From Flectonema sp. DT1601 (Eukaryota): a DNA stretch of 64,000 bases. Where the stretch lies: contig OZ025806.1 of assembly GCA_964019425.1 (NCBI GenBank), positions 682,001 through 746,000 on the forward strand, read 5' to 3'. The notes beneath the pieces are model-generated. The model was not told the origin of the DNA. It was given only the letters and a program-made list of their open reading frames with translations, and searched no databases. This document shows positions 1-12,404 of the stretch, in pieces (within the stretch, counting starts at the first letter, position 1; each line of letters opens with the position of its first letter). A program made the position numbers and the translations under genes.

Positions 1-1
1 C

Positions 2-304
2 AGATCGCAATCATGTTCTGATCATAATGGTCCTCGTTGGCATATGTATTCTTATACCACATGTTACGTTTGGGATAATTGCTCAAAGGTTGATTTTTAT
101 TCACCAACATATCATCTGGTGTTGGCAATCGTGTTAATGTCTATTGGAGGATGTAGTTGTCTGTTTCCATGTTGTCTTTTTATTGTTTATGAGGGTGTTT
201 GTATCGGTAATTGTATTCGGGGAATACGAAACATGTCTTTTGGGATGTCAGGATATTCAACTGTGAATGCTACTCACTCAGAGAAGTTTAATTCGTATGA
301 TTGA
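2..304 (+). CDS. 3' end of a Cys-rich membrane protein (partial, runs off window start)
   Basis: Frame is open from position 2 to the TGA at 302-304; hydrophobic segment LVLAIVLMSIGG followed by a Cys-rich stretch; same strand as all other genes. Confidence 0.5.
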   Translation, partial: RSQSCSDHNGPRWHMYSYTTCYVWDNCSKVDFYSPTYHLVLAIVLMSIGGCSCLFPCCLFIVYEGVCIGNCIRGIRNMSFGMSGYSTVNATHSEKFNSYD

Positions 305-785
305 AATATACGAAATTAAACTTTTTTTTTTTTTTTTGTTTTTAAAATCTTTGGTGACTTAGCTGTCACGACTGAGACTCTTCGTTTGTTAAATGATTGT
401 GGAGTATCTTTAACCGACCAAAAGGGATAACGAAATTCGAGTTGTATGTTTACTGTTTTTTTCTCTCTTCTCTCTTCTTTTTTTTTTTTTTTTGTCGGTT
501 TAGTTCCCTGATTGATGCTTAGCTGTGTTTTATTATTTCTTTTTTTTTTTTGCACAGCTAACGCCAACCGGAATTCGTGCTAACTAAAAAAAAAAAAGAA
601 AAAAAAAAAAAAACTTATAATTCTAACTATCGAGTATTTTTCTTCGTGACGTAGTTTGTCATATTTCCTTTTCTGCTTCGGTAGTCAATAGACATGTTGA
701 GCTTCAGCCATGTGTACTTAATAATACTTAAAGTTCGTTACTGATTTTACATTGTCAAAAAGGTTTCAAAAAAAATAAAAAAAAT

Positions 786-3635
786 ATGAATTTCCTAAAA
801 AACAAGGAATGTACAACGAGAATAGCAACCGGACTATTCAAAAGTGGAATGGAAAATTCAAAGAAAGAAGAGTTGACAGGGAAGAAGAGAAAAGAACGAA
901 TTGAAAGAATTAAAAAAGAAGTTCTTAAGAGATGGGGTGAGAAAGCGTTGATCCTTTCATTCGCTTCTGTATTTAGTGAAGGTGAAATATTTACTGTATT
1001 AGAATACAGCGTCAATACACATTTTGAAGATATACCAACTCTACTACAAATCTGTAAACTAATGATAACTTGGAGAGAAGCAGAAGAAGATAATGTAGTT
1101 CTGATTCACGGAGCACCATCGGAATACGTCTCTATGTTGACAGCTTGTTATTTAAGTTTTGTGTGTTGTCAGGAAACAAGTCCTAATGAAGTATTTAAAA
1201 TGTATCACAAGTCATCAATGAATTTCAGAACAGCACCGTCTGTTCTTCGATTCACAAACTGGTTTAGTAAATTAGTGAAAGCAACTCGAAGCTTTGAACC
1301 TCCTCCGAGAAGAATAGGAATCCGTTTGGTTTCTATAAAGCTGTCGGGTGAAATCGACTCAGACCTTCGTGACTACTCAATGATGCTTCATGTTTCTCAA
1401 GGGGCTTCAATTGTACAAACCATTTCTGGTGAGCGCTCTGCAGATTCCAAAAGCGTTGTTTTTCATTCAAATCCGTCTCAAGGAGGATTCATCGCCGATC
1501 TTGTTGGAGATTTCACCCTAACTTGCTTTTACGTTCTCAGATCGTCAACACCTCACGCGTTCCGTATTGCGTACAATAGTTACTTTGTAAAACAATCAAA
1601 GATAGAGTTTTCTGGTAATGAACTTGATTATGTGTGTTGTAAAAAGACTGCATCTGATGTTACTGTGGATGTCAATGTTCAACTACCGACCCAAAGCCAC
1701 TACTCAGGTAAGGAACAGCGTTATTGCTTGCTTCCAGAAAACTTGAAAAAGAAAGAAGAAGAATACATTGCGATGGTAGGCAACACGGTAAATCAATGTG
1801 CTAATAACATAAAGGGTAATATGGCTGGATGGTATCCGGAACTTAAACAGAAAAGTAAGAGTCGCAGTAGAACAGTTGGAGCTCGTCGATCCAACCGTCA
1901 GGCTCGTACGAGATCAGCGGGAGCTCCTTTGGTAGCGTCGACTGAGTTCTCATTTGCGAAGAGAATATCTCCTCCCAGATCACCAACTGCCAGACCACAG
2001 GTGGCTATTGAATTGAGAGAAGGTATTAGTACTGATCCTATTCTAAGGATGCCTGTTCTCTCTTGTTCTCCAGCTCGTTCTGACATTATACCACCTCCAC
2101 AGTTACCGAAGAAGCCTATTAGAGACTTAGAAGGATGTATTGTTCCAGTCAACAGGACTAGAGAGACATCTTTGATAAGAGATCTTGAAGGATCGTTAGT
2201 CACTAATGTGGTAGCTCCACCGCCACCACCACCTCCAGCTGCTCCTACTAGGGAGGAGTTGGGTGGTGTTGTTCCACCACCGCCACCACCACCGCCATCA
2301 CAGGTGTCTGGGAATAAAAATCTTCCGCCACCACCACCTCCGGGTTTAAAATTGACGAGAGGTGCTCCCCCACCTCCTCCTCCACCACCACCTTCTGGTT
2401 TGGGAAAACCTTCTGCGGTGACAGTAGTGAAGTCGGTTACGAAAGCTCTTCACTGGCAGCCTCTTTCATCAGCAGCAACTGCAAACACAGTTTGGTGTGA
2501 TGACAATGACGACATGGAGAGAAGTATCAATCTTCAACAACTTGTTGATGAGTACGGAAACAAACCATCCAAGAAATCAGATCTTTCTAAGGAAGCAAAA
2601 CCAAAAACTATTGAAGCCTTCGTCGGAAATAAACGAGCGACTAATATTGAAATTGCCTGTTCAAAGATAAGGAAAGCACTCGATTTGAAAAAGATTCAAC
2701 CGCAAGACATTAAGAGAGTCATCCTACTACAAGAGGGTGTTGAATCATCAGAGTTATTATCATTGTTACCGACGTTGTCACCAACAGAAGAAGAATTAAA
2801 GATGTTGAGAATGAAGAGTGAGGATAAACTTGTAACATTTCCTGATAAAGTTCTGTTTGAGATTTCAACAATTCCGAGATGCTTACAAAAATTAAAAGCG
2901 ATTGAAGTAATGTTGTCGATTAAAGAAAACGTAACTGACCTACTCAACCAATCAAAGATTGTTACGGAAGCGGCTGACTGCGCTGTTCAATCATCAGTTT
3001 TTAAAAAACAATTGAAATGGATATTATCAATCGGTAATGAGATGAATAAAGGAAAACGAACTGGCAACGCATCCGGTTTCAAAATTGATAATTTATGCGG
3101 CATGTTGGATACCAAAGACACAACCAACAGTAAGACATTGATATCATTCTTAGTAAGGACCATTGCTGAGTCAGAGCCTGATTGCTTAAGTACTGAACAG
3201 CTATCGAGAGTCAGTCAAGAATCATACAAATGTGTTGTGTCAGGTCTCAATGATGATTATAACAGAGTTGTATCTTCAGCTGATTGTATTGATCGTGAGT
3301 TATCTGAAAGTAAGTCATCTAACCCAAATGATTCTTTATTCTTATCATCAGCACAAAAGTTTATGACCACTCTTCGTCCTATTCTCTCTCAACTCTCAGA
3401 GTGTAATAAGACGAGAGAGATATCCGTTTCACAATTGTGTCTTTATTTTGGATCAGCGAAAGCTGAAGACATTCTTTGTGAAATTCATACTTTTAAACGG
3501 AGATTTGATGCTGCTGTTGTTAGTTTTAAGTCGGCTAGCAATAGTACCAGAGCACCTTTAACTCCGCTTCAGGATTTGGTTAGAGATAAATTAGCTAAAA
3601 GATTTCACTCAGTTAACGATGATGACGATGAGTAA
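786..3635 (+). CDS. Formin with N-terminal PTEN-like/C2 region, FH1 polyproline tracts and FH2 domain
   Basis: Several PPPPPPP tracts (2215-2395); FH2 motifs KALHWQ, KRATNIEI, LSIGNEMNKG..NASGFKI; N-terminal degenerate phosphatase (NVVLIHG, PSVLRF) then a C2-like region (LVGDFTL, FRIAYNS.FV). The true start may include a short upstream exon. Confidence 0.88.
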   Translation: MNFLKNKECTTRIATGLFKSGMENSKKEELTGKKRKERIERIKKEVLKRWGEKALILSFASVFSEGEIFTVLEYSVNTHFEDIPTLLQICKLMITWREAEEDNVVLIHGAPSEYVSMLTACYLSFVCCQETSPNEVFKMYHKSSMNFRTAPSVLRFTNWFSKLVKATRSFEPPPRRIGIRLVSIKLSGEIDSDLRDYSMMLHVSQGASIVQTISGERSADSKSVVFHSNPSQGGFIADLVGDFTLTCFYVLRSSTPHAFRIAYNSYFVKQSKIEFSGNELDYVCCKKTASDVTVDVNVQLPTQSHYSGKEQRYCLLPENLKKKEEEYIAMVGNTVNQCANNIKGNMAGWYPELKQKSKSRSRTVGARRSNRQARTRSAGAPLVASTEFSFAKRISPPRSPTARPQVAIELREGISTDPILRMPVLSCSPARSDIIPPPQLPKKPIRDLEGCIVPVNRTRETSLIRDLEGSLVTNVVAPPPPPPPAAPTREELGGVVPPPPPPPPSQVSGNKNLPPPPPPGLKLTRGAPPPPPPPPPSGLGKPSAVTVVKSVTKALHWQPLSSAATANTVWCDDNDDMERSINLQQLVDEYGNKPSKKSDLSKEAKPKTIEAFVGNKRATNIEIACSKIRKALDLKKIQPQDIKRVILLQEGVESSELLSLLPTLSPTEEELKMLRMKSEDKLVTFPDKVLFEISTIPRCLQKLKAIEVMLSIKENVTDLLNQSKIVTEAADCAVQSSVFKKQLKWILSIGNEMNKGKRTGNASGFKIDNLCGMLDTKDTTNSKTLISFLVRTIAESEPDCLSTEQLSRVSQESYKCVVSGLNDDYNRVVSSADCIDRELSESKSSNPNDSLFLSSAQKFMTTLRPILSQLSECNKTREISVSQLCLYFGSAKAEDILCEIHTFKRRFDAAVVSFKSASNSTRAPLTPLQDLVRDKLAKRFHSVNDDDDE

Positions 3636-3668
3636 GAGTTGATTATTTTTATTTTTTTTAGCTAAAAT

Positions 3669-3699
<31 letters not shown>

Positions 3700-4267
3700 G
3701 TAATTATTTTGATTTAACAAAAAAAAAAAAAAAAAGAAATAAAACTAAAAAAAAAAAAACTTTTGTTTGTTACAAAAGGTTTGTCAAAATAAAATTTGTC
3801 TTTTAATTATTTTTTTCCTTTCTCCCTCCCTCTTCTGCATCGTGCTTAAGCTCTTTGCTTGTACCTTTTATGTACCTAGATTATCTTAAAGAAAAAGAAA
3901 ACCGTTGTATTGTTCTATTAATCTAATTGTTTATTAACCCTTTCTTTTGTAGCGTTCTTCCTTTTATGTTTTCCCAAATCTCATAGAGCTTTTTATTTTT
4001 TTTAAATTTTTTTTATTGTTTGATCCCAGAGAGTGAAAATTCTTTCTTTCTTCCGATTGGACTCAGGGGCGTCCTTTTTTAAAAAAAAAAAAAAAAAAAT
4101 GTTAAAAGTAGTTGATTAATGAAGAGAGAGAAAGGAAATGTATTTCCTTTCTCTCTCTAACAGGTGGAATATCTGCTTTGTTTTCATTTTATTTATTTCG
4201 AATTTCAAATTTCTAATCTTCATTTTTATTTTTTTACCCCCCGACTCAGTTTGTATTAGCTGCGGAG

Positions 4268-6827
4268 ATGCTCTCCGACACTACCACCAACTTTCTATGC
4301 CTGTTGTTCCCCACTTTGGGGTTTCTGTGGGCATGGCACAACAAAAATAAAATTTCGAAAATTAAAATTTTCCACGATACTCGTGGTGAAAGCAGCCAAT
4401 TAGTTGGGATGAAGCCTGAACACATGAATGCCGTGTTCACTGTCTCGAATAGAATTGCCGAGGGAAGTAGAGAATTTTTAAAGCAAGAATTTAAGGTTAT
4501 GATCATCTTCATGATTGCTGCGAGTTGTATTATTTACTGGCTTATTGGAATGAGTGGAGGAAAGAACAGTTGGGTTAACGCATACTACAGTTGTGTGGCC
4601 TTCATTGTTGGTGCTTTTGCATCTTGTCTTTCCGGAGGTATTGGAATGGCTATCGCTGTCTACACCAACTCTCGTACCGCACACGAAGCCTGCGTCGGGT
4701 CCTCAGCTCATGGAAGCAGAGAAAAGTACGTCCGCGCTTTCTGTGTTGCGTTCCGTGGAGGAATTGTCATGGGATTCTGTCTGACTTCTGTTGGATTAAT
4801 TTCCCTCTTTGCGTTGATTTCTTACTTTAAAATGCAACTCGGAGGAGATGACAAGATCCGTCTTTACGAATGTATTGCAGCATACGGTCTTGGTGGTTCA
4901 TCTATCGCGTGCTTTGGTCGTGTCGGAGGAGGTATCTTTACTAAAGCAGCAGATGTTGGTTCTGATCTTTGTGGTAAGGTTGTATCTAACTTACCTGAAG
5001 ATGATCCAAGAAACCCTGGAGTCATTGCTGATTGTATTGGTGACAATGTTGGTGATATCGCTGGTATGGGATCTGATTTGTTTGGATCATTTGGAGAAGC
5101 AACTTGCGCTGCTCTCGTTGTTTCAGCATACGCATCACCAACTCTCACTGACTCATGGTCTGGAATGATGTTTCCACTTCTCATTACTGGTGTTGGTACT
5201 TTTGTTTCTCTTCTCACCTCGATGTGTGTTACTGAAGGATGGCCAACACCTGTTACTTCTGCTGACAGAATCGAACCAGTTTTGAAGTTACAATTAGTAA
5301 TCTCAACCGTCTTAAACACCATCGCTATGTACATCACTGCTGTTATGGCTCTTCCAGAGACCTTCTCTGTAGCAAAACTTATTAAAGATCCTTCAACTGG
5401 AGCATTCCAACAAGTTGAGGTTCACTCCTGGGAAGCAGCGTTCTGTGTTATTATGGGATTGTGGTCAGGTCTTGTTATTGGGTTTGTTACTGAATACTAC
5501 ACATCGAACAGAAAGCCTCCAGTCGGTGAGATTGCTCGTGCTTGCACTATGGGAGGAGCTGCTACCAACGTCATCTCGGGTCTGGCTGTTGGATATTTAA
5601 GTACTATCATTCCTTCATTTGTGATGGCTGCGTGTTTGTACGTATCATTCAACTTGTGCCTCATGTACGGTATCGCTCTGTCTGCTCTTGGAATCTTATC
5701 GACCATGTCAATTGGGTTTGTGTTTTTTATTTTTTGAAGAAGTGCGTCATCTTACAGTACAAAGTACACCATAATAACATTAAAATAAAACTTACAGTCT
5801 TACCATCGACGCCTACGGACCTATCGCTGACAACGCTGGAGGTATTGTTGAGATGTGTGTAGGAGACCCGTATGTAGTTTTTTTTATTTTATTTTACATT
5901 CGTCTGAAAGTGAGAGGATTTTTAAAAAAAAAAAAAAAAAAAATCAGTACCATCCGTGAAGTTACCGACTGCTTAGACGCTGCAGGTAACACCACCGCTG
6001 CCATTGGAAAGGGTTTTGCGATCGCATCTGCGGCGTTTGTTGCTATTGCATTGTATGGAGCTTTTATAACACATGCGGAAGTACCAATTGTAAATATCGT
6101 AGACAGTCGAGTGTATCCTGGACTGTTAGTAGGTGCTATGCTTCCATATTGGTTTTCAGGATGGACTATGAAGAGTGTTAACAAGGCGGCAATGGAAATG
6201 GTCTTTGAAATCCAACGTCAGTTCGAAGATGGTGAGATCCTTGCATACAAGAGAGAACCTGACTACAACAGATGTGTTGCTGTTGCTACCAAGGCATCTC
6301 TTTCAGAAATGACTCACTCAGCTTGTTTAGTTATGTTGTCGCCAATCATTTGTGGAATCTTCTTTGGTAAGGAAGCTCTTTGTGGTCTTCTTCCTGGATC
6401 TTTAACATCTGGTGTGCAAATGGCCATCTCTATGTCTAACACTGGAGGTGCCTGGGACAATGCAAAGAAGTACGTTGAGTGTGGAATGATGACAACCGAC
6501 GCTAAGGGATGCCTTGAAGGAACCGTAGGGTTTGACAGATCTACTGCTCACACTGTTAAAAAGACTTGGAAAGTAGGTGAGAAGGGTTATGATATTTATG
6601 CCGCAAAGGATAAGGACATTCATTCTGCTGCAGTCATCGGTGACACTGTTGGTGATCCAATGAAAGACACTTCTGGACCAGCTCTTAATATTCTGGTGAA
6701 GCTGATGGCCATCATATCAGTCGTCTTTGTTCCTGTTGTAAACGGCTACATGGGAGGAATTGTCTTTGATCAATGGTGGAAAGATTTCACTCAGTGTGCC
6801 TCCGTAAGCGGCACATCTTGTGCATAG
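4268..6827 (+). CDS. VP1: Vacuolar-type H+-translocating pyrophosphatase (K+-dependent type); exons 4268-5715, 5798-5869, 5948-6827
   Basis: Motifs [45 protein letters not shown] and [14 protein letters not shown]. Removing GT-AG introns 5716-5797 and 5870-5947 restores [18 protein letters not shown] and [26 protein letters not shown] (Ala rather than Lys) marks the K+-dependent class. Confidence 0.95.
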
Positions 6828-8338
6828 GGAGAGCACCATCATTACGCAAGCTCTGTACTAAAACCAAAAAAAAAAACTTCTCTTCCCTCACATATCCCAT
6901 CTTTTCTTTTTTTCGTTAACCGTAAATAGCGGAATTAGAGAATATTTCTCGCGCTATATTATCCGTTTTTATTTTTTAATTTTTTGTTTTTTTTGTTTTT
7001 TAATGGTGCGAGTGGGGTGATGTAATTGTTTTATTTTTTTTTTAAAAAAAAAAAAATCAATAATTAAAAAAAGAAGAAAAAGAAAAGAACATTTTTGTTC
7101 TTGACCTGGGAGGCTGTCACCTCGACCTTGCTTCCTGATACTGGGTTATGAAAAAAAAGTCCTTAAAGACGAAACCATTCTCAGTGAGAAGGTTTTTTCT
7201 TGAATACTTTGAAGGACAGTTTTTTATAATCTCAACAAACAAAAAAAAAAAAAAAAAAAACGAAAACGAAAACGAAGCTGGATATTTAATTTTTTGCTTC
7301 TTTTTTTCTGGTTTGCGACGACGAGTTCATCACTTATGAGGACCTACATGCAGATTGGATTATCATTGGCAACATAATACATATCAATACACATATAAAA
7401 TTTAAAGGGAAGAAAGAAAGAAAAAAAAAAAAAAAAAAAAAAAAAATCAACTACGGCAAGCACAAGAAGAAAATCTCCTATTTTCGAAAACAGGTGCTGA
7501 AACGATGCGAGCCAGTTTTCTCTTATCAATAATAATAATTGCACTTAACTAGTCTTTTTTATAGTTCGGAATTAGTTGTGCCTGGGGAAAAAGAAAGCAG
7601 ATTTGGGGAAAGAAAAAAAAAAAAAAAAAAAAATGAACCCTTTTCATTTATGTCTCTATTTTTGGGTTTCTTTCGATCGCAGCATTTTATTGCCGTTTAA
7701 TTCACTTTTCTTTTGTTGTGAAAAATGAGTTAAACGACGATTGCTGTACAAAAGAAAAATCTGAAAGAGAGACATTAGATAATTAGGGAAAAAACAAACG
7801 AAAAGAAATCAGAACAGACTTTAAAAAAAAAAAAAAAAACTTCGCACTGCCGTAATTGTATCGGGCATGGCGAGAATCTTTGCAAAGAGATCAAGGCCGA
7901 TAGTAAATAGTGGAAGGAAACCTTTGGGAATAGGGAGAGAAAATTTAAAAAAATAATAATAGTAATAATAACAATGGAGATACTGTAGAAAGCTGCAAGC
8001 CGTAAATAATATTAATTTTTTTTTTCCTTTTTCCCTCTATTCCCCAATCGTCCCTCTTATCTCTTCCCTTATTAATAAAAAAAAATAAAAAAAAAATGAT
8101 GATAATTTTTTTTTGTTTGTTTGTTTGTTTGTTAGTTTTTTCTAACGTTGAATTCATTAGCAAACAGCACGAGGAAGGGATCAAAATCCTGTCTGAAATT
8201 GACAAAAAAAAAAAAAGTTTAATTTTTTGATTTTTTTACAGATAAATTCGATGATATCCCACGTGAGCAGAATCTACCTTCGTTTAACAAAAAAAAAAAA
8301 AAAAGTGAAATTATTATTATCTCTTTCAATAGTAAACA

Positions 8339-10393
8339 ATGAATATTCCCCACACTAATATATGCACACACTGGCTTAAGGGTGGTTGCAGATATGGAGA
8401 AAAATGTCAATTTGCACATCCAATCAATGAAATAGGAACCATCGAGAAGAGAGGAGCCTCGAATAATGCAGGAAAGGATGGTCGTCATACAGCTGTACGC
8501 AGATTGATAATGGGAGAGTATAATTTTATAGAAGGTGATTCAATTGTGGAAGTCGCTGGGGGAAAGGGAGACCTCAGCATTGAATTACAAAACCTTGAAG
8601 GAATACATTGCACGTTGATTGAACCAAGGAATAACTTGAAAGACGGTGTTAGTAGTTTCACACGAAAACTAACTAGAAACATGTATCACAGATCTCCTGT
8701 TTTGGGAGCACCTCAAATTTCACTTTCAGAGTGTCTGTCAAAAGGTGTAGAAAACCCTACTCACTGCAGGGTGTTCTTCACTGAGGATTTACTAGGAAAG
8801 AATAACATATCAGAACAACAACTTTCTTTATTTAAAAAATATTCTGGTCCCTCAAAAACTACTGACGACACAGTTGAAGAAAACTCTCATGCTGGAATGC
8901 ATCTCTGCAGTTCAGATGTTCCGACTTCTACACAAATTGACATGGAGGTCATTACAGCTCGCAGTAGTTTACAGAAATGCTCTCTGCTAGTTGGTCTTCA
9001 TCCAGATGGTCCCACTGAGGACATGATTAATTATGCATTAAAAAATAAAAAGAATTTTGTTGTTATTCCTTGTTGTGTTTTTGCTGAATCAAATCCGCAC
9101 AGAAAGTTAATAAACGGAAAAGTTGTCAGAAGTTATGAAGATTTCTTGTTATATCTTTGTGAGAAGGATTCACGCATCCGGAGGATGACTCTTCCTATAG
9201 CTGGGAGGAATATCGCTTTGGTATTTGATCATTCACTAGAAACTACTAATCTGTTACGTAACATCACTGCAGATGATTACAGCTGGTTGCCATCTTGTAT
9301 AAAGTCATGTGTGTGTGCGGTGGCTATTCGATATTTGGGAGGTCATCTCGGACTTAAAGTTGTCAACAAAAACTGGGTTGGATTACTGGCATGTACTGTC
9401 GCGTCATTGTCATTTAGTAAACAGCAATCAGATAATAATTTAAAATCTAAAGTTACAACTGGATGTGGTCTACTATTGATTTCTACTTCTCTAGGATTGT
9501 CAAATACACTTAAAGTTATCACTTGTTCTTTTGGAGGTTTTTCACTTTTTCGTCTTGCTGAGATGTACACTAATCACGTTGCTTTAAAAAGTAAGAAAGC
9601 ACCACCTCCGAAATCAACCACTAAGGGACCTCCTGATAATATTAAAAAAGGACTTCTACTCCCAGACGAATCCCTCTATGGAGAGTTATCAGTTCCAGAA
9701 CCCGCTTTAGCCGGGATCGAAGTAAACCAACTTCTGCTTGATGAACTTCATAAGAGTACACCAGATGTGTGGAGTCTCATAACTGGTTCTAAGAACCCTT
9801 GCAGATACAATGAACGTCGTCCTCAAAAGAGAATAATTTTCACGGAAGGAGAGAATGAAAAAATTGATCCAAATTCTGAAAATAATTTACAACAATTCAT
9901 AAAACTATCAAGGGAGTATGAAGAAAAACACGATGGAGTGAAAACTATAAAATCCTTAGTTGTTGGAAATCACGGTAAAGGCACTAAGGGAATAGTTCTT
10001 CAACCTCTGTTAGCAACCTACTTGAAGCAACTTTCCGAAGGTGGCGATGAACACATACTAGCACAGCGATTTGATCACTGGATGCATTGTAATTCAGGAA
10101 AAAAATCTACTTATGCTGCTTTGTTAGATTTCCATTGTAGAATAACAGGAAATTCATCCAGGTCTTTGTATCCGGGTACAGACATACAACTTTTCTTTAG
10201 GCTTAAAATTCCTGCAAGACCATCACTACTGTTTATGACTGTAGTTCTGTATCCACATGGGAAGTGTCCTATCTCATCATATTCGGATGTGGATGAATTC
10301 GTTCGCCATGAAGCTGCTCTCAGTGGATACAATGCAACGTTACTGCACCACACTGATGGAAGAAGTTGCAAACTAATTTATAATATTGAGTGA
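8339..10393 (+). CDS. CCCH zinc finger + SAM-dependent methyltransferase-like domain, fused to a hydrophobic region and an unknown C-terminal domain
   Basis: C-x7-C-x5-C-x3-H (CTHWLKGGCRYGEKCQFAH); motif I VEVAGGKGDLS; LVGLHPD and FVVIPCCVF, typical of RNA methyltransferase-like families. Confidence 0.7.
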   Translation: MNIPHTNICTHWLKGGCRYGEKCQFAHPINEIGTIEKRGASNNAGKDGRHTAVRRLIMGEYNFIEGDSIVEVAGGKGDLSIELQNLEGIHCTLIEPRNNLKDGVSSFTRKLTRNMYHRSPVLGAPQISLSECLSKGVENPTHCRVFFTEDLLGKNNISEQQLSLFKKYSGPSKTTDDTVEENSHAGMHLCSSDVPTSTQIDMEVITARSSLQKCSLLVGLHPDGPTEDMINYALKNKKNFVVIPCCVFAESNPHRKLINGKVVRSYEDFLLYLCEKDSRIRRMTLPIAGRNIALVFDHSLETTNLLRNITADDYSWLPSCIKSCVCAVAIRYLGGHLGLKVVNKNWVGLLACTVASLSFSKQQSDNNLKSKVTTGCGLLLISTSLGLSNTLKVITCSFGGFSLFRLAEMYTNHVALKSKKAPPPKSTTKGPPDNIKKGLLLPDESLYGELSVPEPALAGIEVNQLLLDELHKSTPDVWSLITGSKNPCRYNERRPQKRIIFTEGENEKIDPNSENNLQQFIKLSREYEEKHDGVKTIKSLVVGNHGKGTKGIVLQPLLATYLKQLSEGGDEHILAQRFDHWMHCNSGKKSTYAALLDFHCRITGNSSRSLYPGTDIQLFFRLKIPARPSLLFMTVVLYPHGKCPISSYSDVDEFVRHEAALSGYNATLLHHTDGRSCKLIYNIE

Positions 10394-10653
10394 GTTTAAT
10401 TACCCTTTACGAAATCAACCATGCCACTTTTCTTTTTTTTTTTGGCAATTGGTATTATTGCTTTCCTTTTTTTTATTTAGGCTCTGCGCTCACTCCCGTA
10501 CACTTTTTGAGACAGGACGGATATGGCGGTGTTACAACTAAAGTCTTAGTAGACAATTCTTGTAGAAGTTGCTCATGGCTATAATCTTTGGGTAGTCCTC
10601 AATTCAACTTTTTCGTATTGCAGTAAAAAAAAAAAAAAACGACATCACAAAAA

Positions 10654-12051
10654 ATGAAGAAACCAGCACGCTGCTTTGAGGCAGCCGTTGAACTATTGAA
10701 CTCTTTCATTCCGAAGGCAGCAGCACCACAGAAATCGGGACCATCAGCAGCTCAGACAACGAATGTCGATGGAATGACTGAAGGATTACAGAAGTTAGGA
10801 ATAACACAACATGATTTAAAGAAGTTAAATGTTATTCATGTAGCAGGAACAAAGGGAAAGGGTTCCACATCGTCGATGTGTGAACAAATCTTAAGAGAAC
10901 ACGGTTACCGTACTGCTATGTTTACGTCACCTCATTTAGTATCAATCACTGAGAGAATTCAAATAGCCGGGAAGCCGATCTCAAACGAAGATTTCGCGGA
11001 AACATTTTTTGATGTTTGGGAGGCGTTGGGTGGGTCTGCTGCCACTGATGATGAGCAGAGTGGATCTAGTCCTCCGAAAACTACTTTTTTTAGATTTCTG
11101 ACTCTGGTTGCTTTGAAGTGTTTCATCACATCAAACGTCGACGTTGCTATCTTAGAAGTTGGACTTGGAGGTCGCCTTGACTCCACGAACTCTGTAGATG
11201 AACCAGTGGTTACTGGTGTTACACATATTGGTTATGACCATGTGATGGTGTTGGGTAATACTCTTACTCTTATTGCATCTGAAAAGGCTGGAATTGCAAA
11301 ACCAAACATCCCGTTTTTAATATGTCCTAGTCAAGAATCGGAAGCATTAGCATCCCTTATCAAAACTGCTACTGATCGAAAAGGAATAGTTAGTCAGTGT
11401 GAACTTCTCTCGTCTGATATCCGTCTCGGCTTACAAGGAGACCACCAACGTGTTAACGCATCGTTAGCTGTGTCGCTGTGTGATATTTGGTTGTCGAAAC
11501 TTCACAATAAATCTGTGTATGCTTCCGAACAGAAATTATCAGATACAACGTTGTCAGCACTTTCTAATGTAAAATGGCAGGGTAGGTGTCAGGTGTTAGA
11601 GCTTACAAAGTCTGTCAGATTACTTATTGATGGCGCGCACACTGATCACTCAATAGAAGCAGCTCTAAAATGGTATAATTCTTCTCAAGACAAGAAGTCT
11701 CTTCGTTATCTGTTGTTCTTCTGCCACGAGGGTCGCGAACCTCAAAATCTCTTGGCACCTCTGGCGGCTTGTCACTGGGATCGTGTTGTATTTTCACCTC
11801 TCATTTCATCAAAGTCTTCTCTTAAATGGGGAAGCACACCACCTGCTGACTTGGAAATCGAATGGGTTGTGTCACAACAGAATACCTGGGCATCGCTGTC
11901 TTCAATTCCTTCGGAAGTTTCAAAAAGTCTTCCCGAAGTGATGAGCGATCTTTTAAAGTCTGAAACTCCGGTAGATATCCTTGCCACTGGTAGTTTGTAC
12001 CTCGCTGGTGACATAATTAGATACTGCAAGGAAGAATCAATTGTTGTTTAG
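10654..12051 (+). CDS. FPGS: Folylpolyglutamate synthase
   Basis: IHVAGTKGKGST P-loop, FTSPHL..ITERI, ILEVGLGGRLDSTN, IASEKAGI, DGAHT, TGSLYLAG. Confidence 0.95.
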   Translation: MKKPARCFEAAVELLNSFIPKAAAPQKSGPSAAQTTNVDGMTEGLQKLGITQHDLKKLNVIHVAGTKGKGSTSSMCEQILREHGYRTAMFTSPHLVSITERIQIAGKPISNEDFAETFFDVWEALGGSAATDDEQSGSSPPKTTFFRFLTLVALKCFITSNVDVAILEVGLGGRLDSTNSVDEPVVTGVTHIGYDHVMVLGNTLTLIASEKAGIAKPNIPFLICPSQESEALASLIKTATDRKGIVSQCELLSSDIRLGLQGDHQRVNASLAVSLCDIWLSKLHNKSVYASEQKLSDTTLSALSNVKWQGRCQVLELTKSVRLLIDGAHTDHSIEAALKWYNSSQDKKSLRYLLFFCHEGREPQNLLAPLAACHWDRVVFSPLISSKSSLKWGSTPPADLEIEWVVSQQNTWASLSSIPSEVSKSLPEVMSDLLKSETPVDILATGSLYLAGDIIRYCKEESIVV

Positions 12052-12404
12052 ATTAGTACTAACTTGTCTGTGATGAACACCGAAGAAACCAACTCGCTTT
12101 TTGAGTGTAGTTGTGTTCGTTGTTCAGTTCATTTCCCTCTTTTTTTTTTTTTTTTTTTTGTTTTTGTTTTTGTTTCTTCAGAATATCAACTTACTTGTCT
12201 TCGAATTGACTTCTACTGTTGTGTTATAACGTTTTTCAAGAGGTCTGCTGGTTAATGCCTGGCAGTTCTTTTATTATTATTATTACTATTTTTTTTTTTT
12301 ATTTTTTTAAAACGGATCCTTCTGTAGATTATAATTGTAGTATTGCGATTGTTTTTAAAAAAAAAAAAAAGAAAACAAACAGTACACATGATAAACTAAT
12401 AAAC

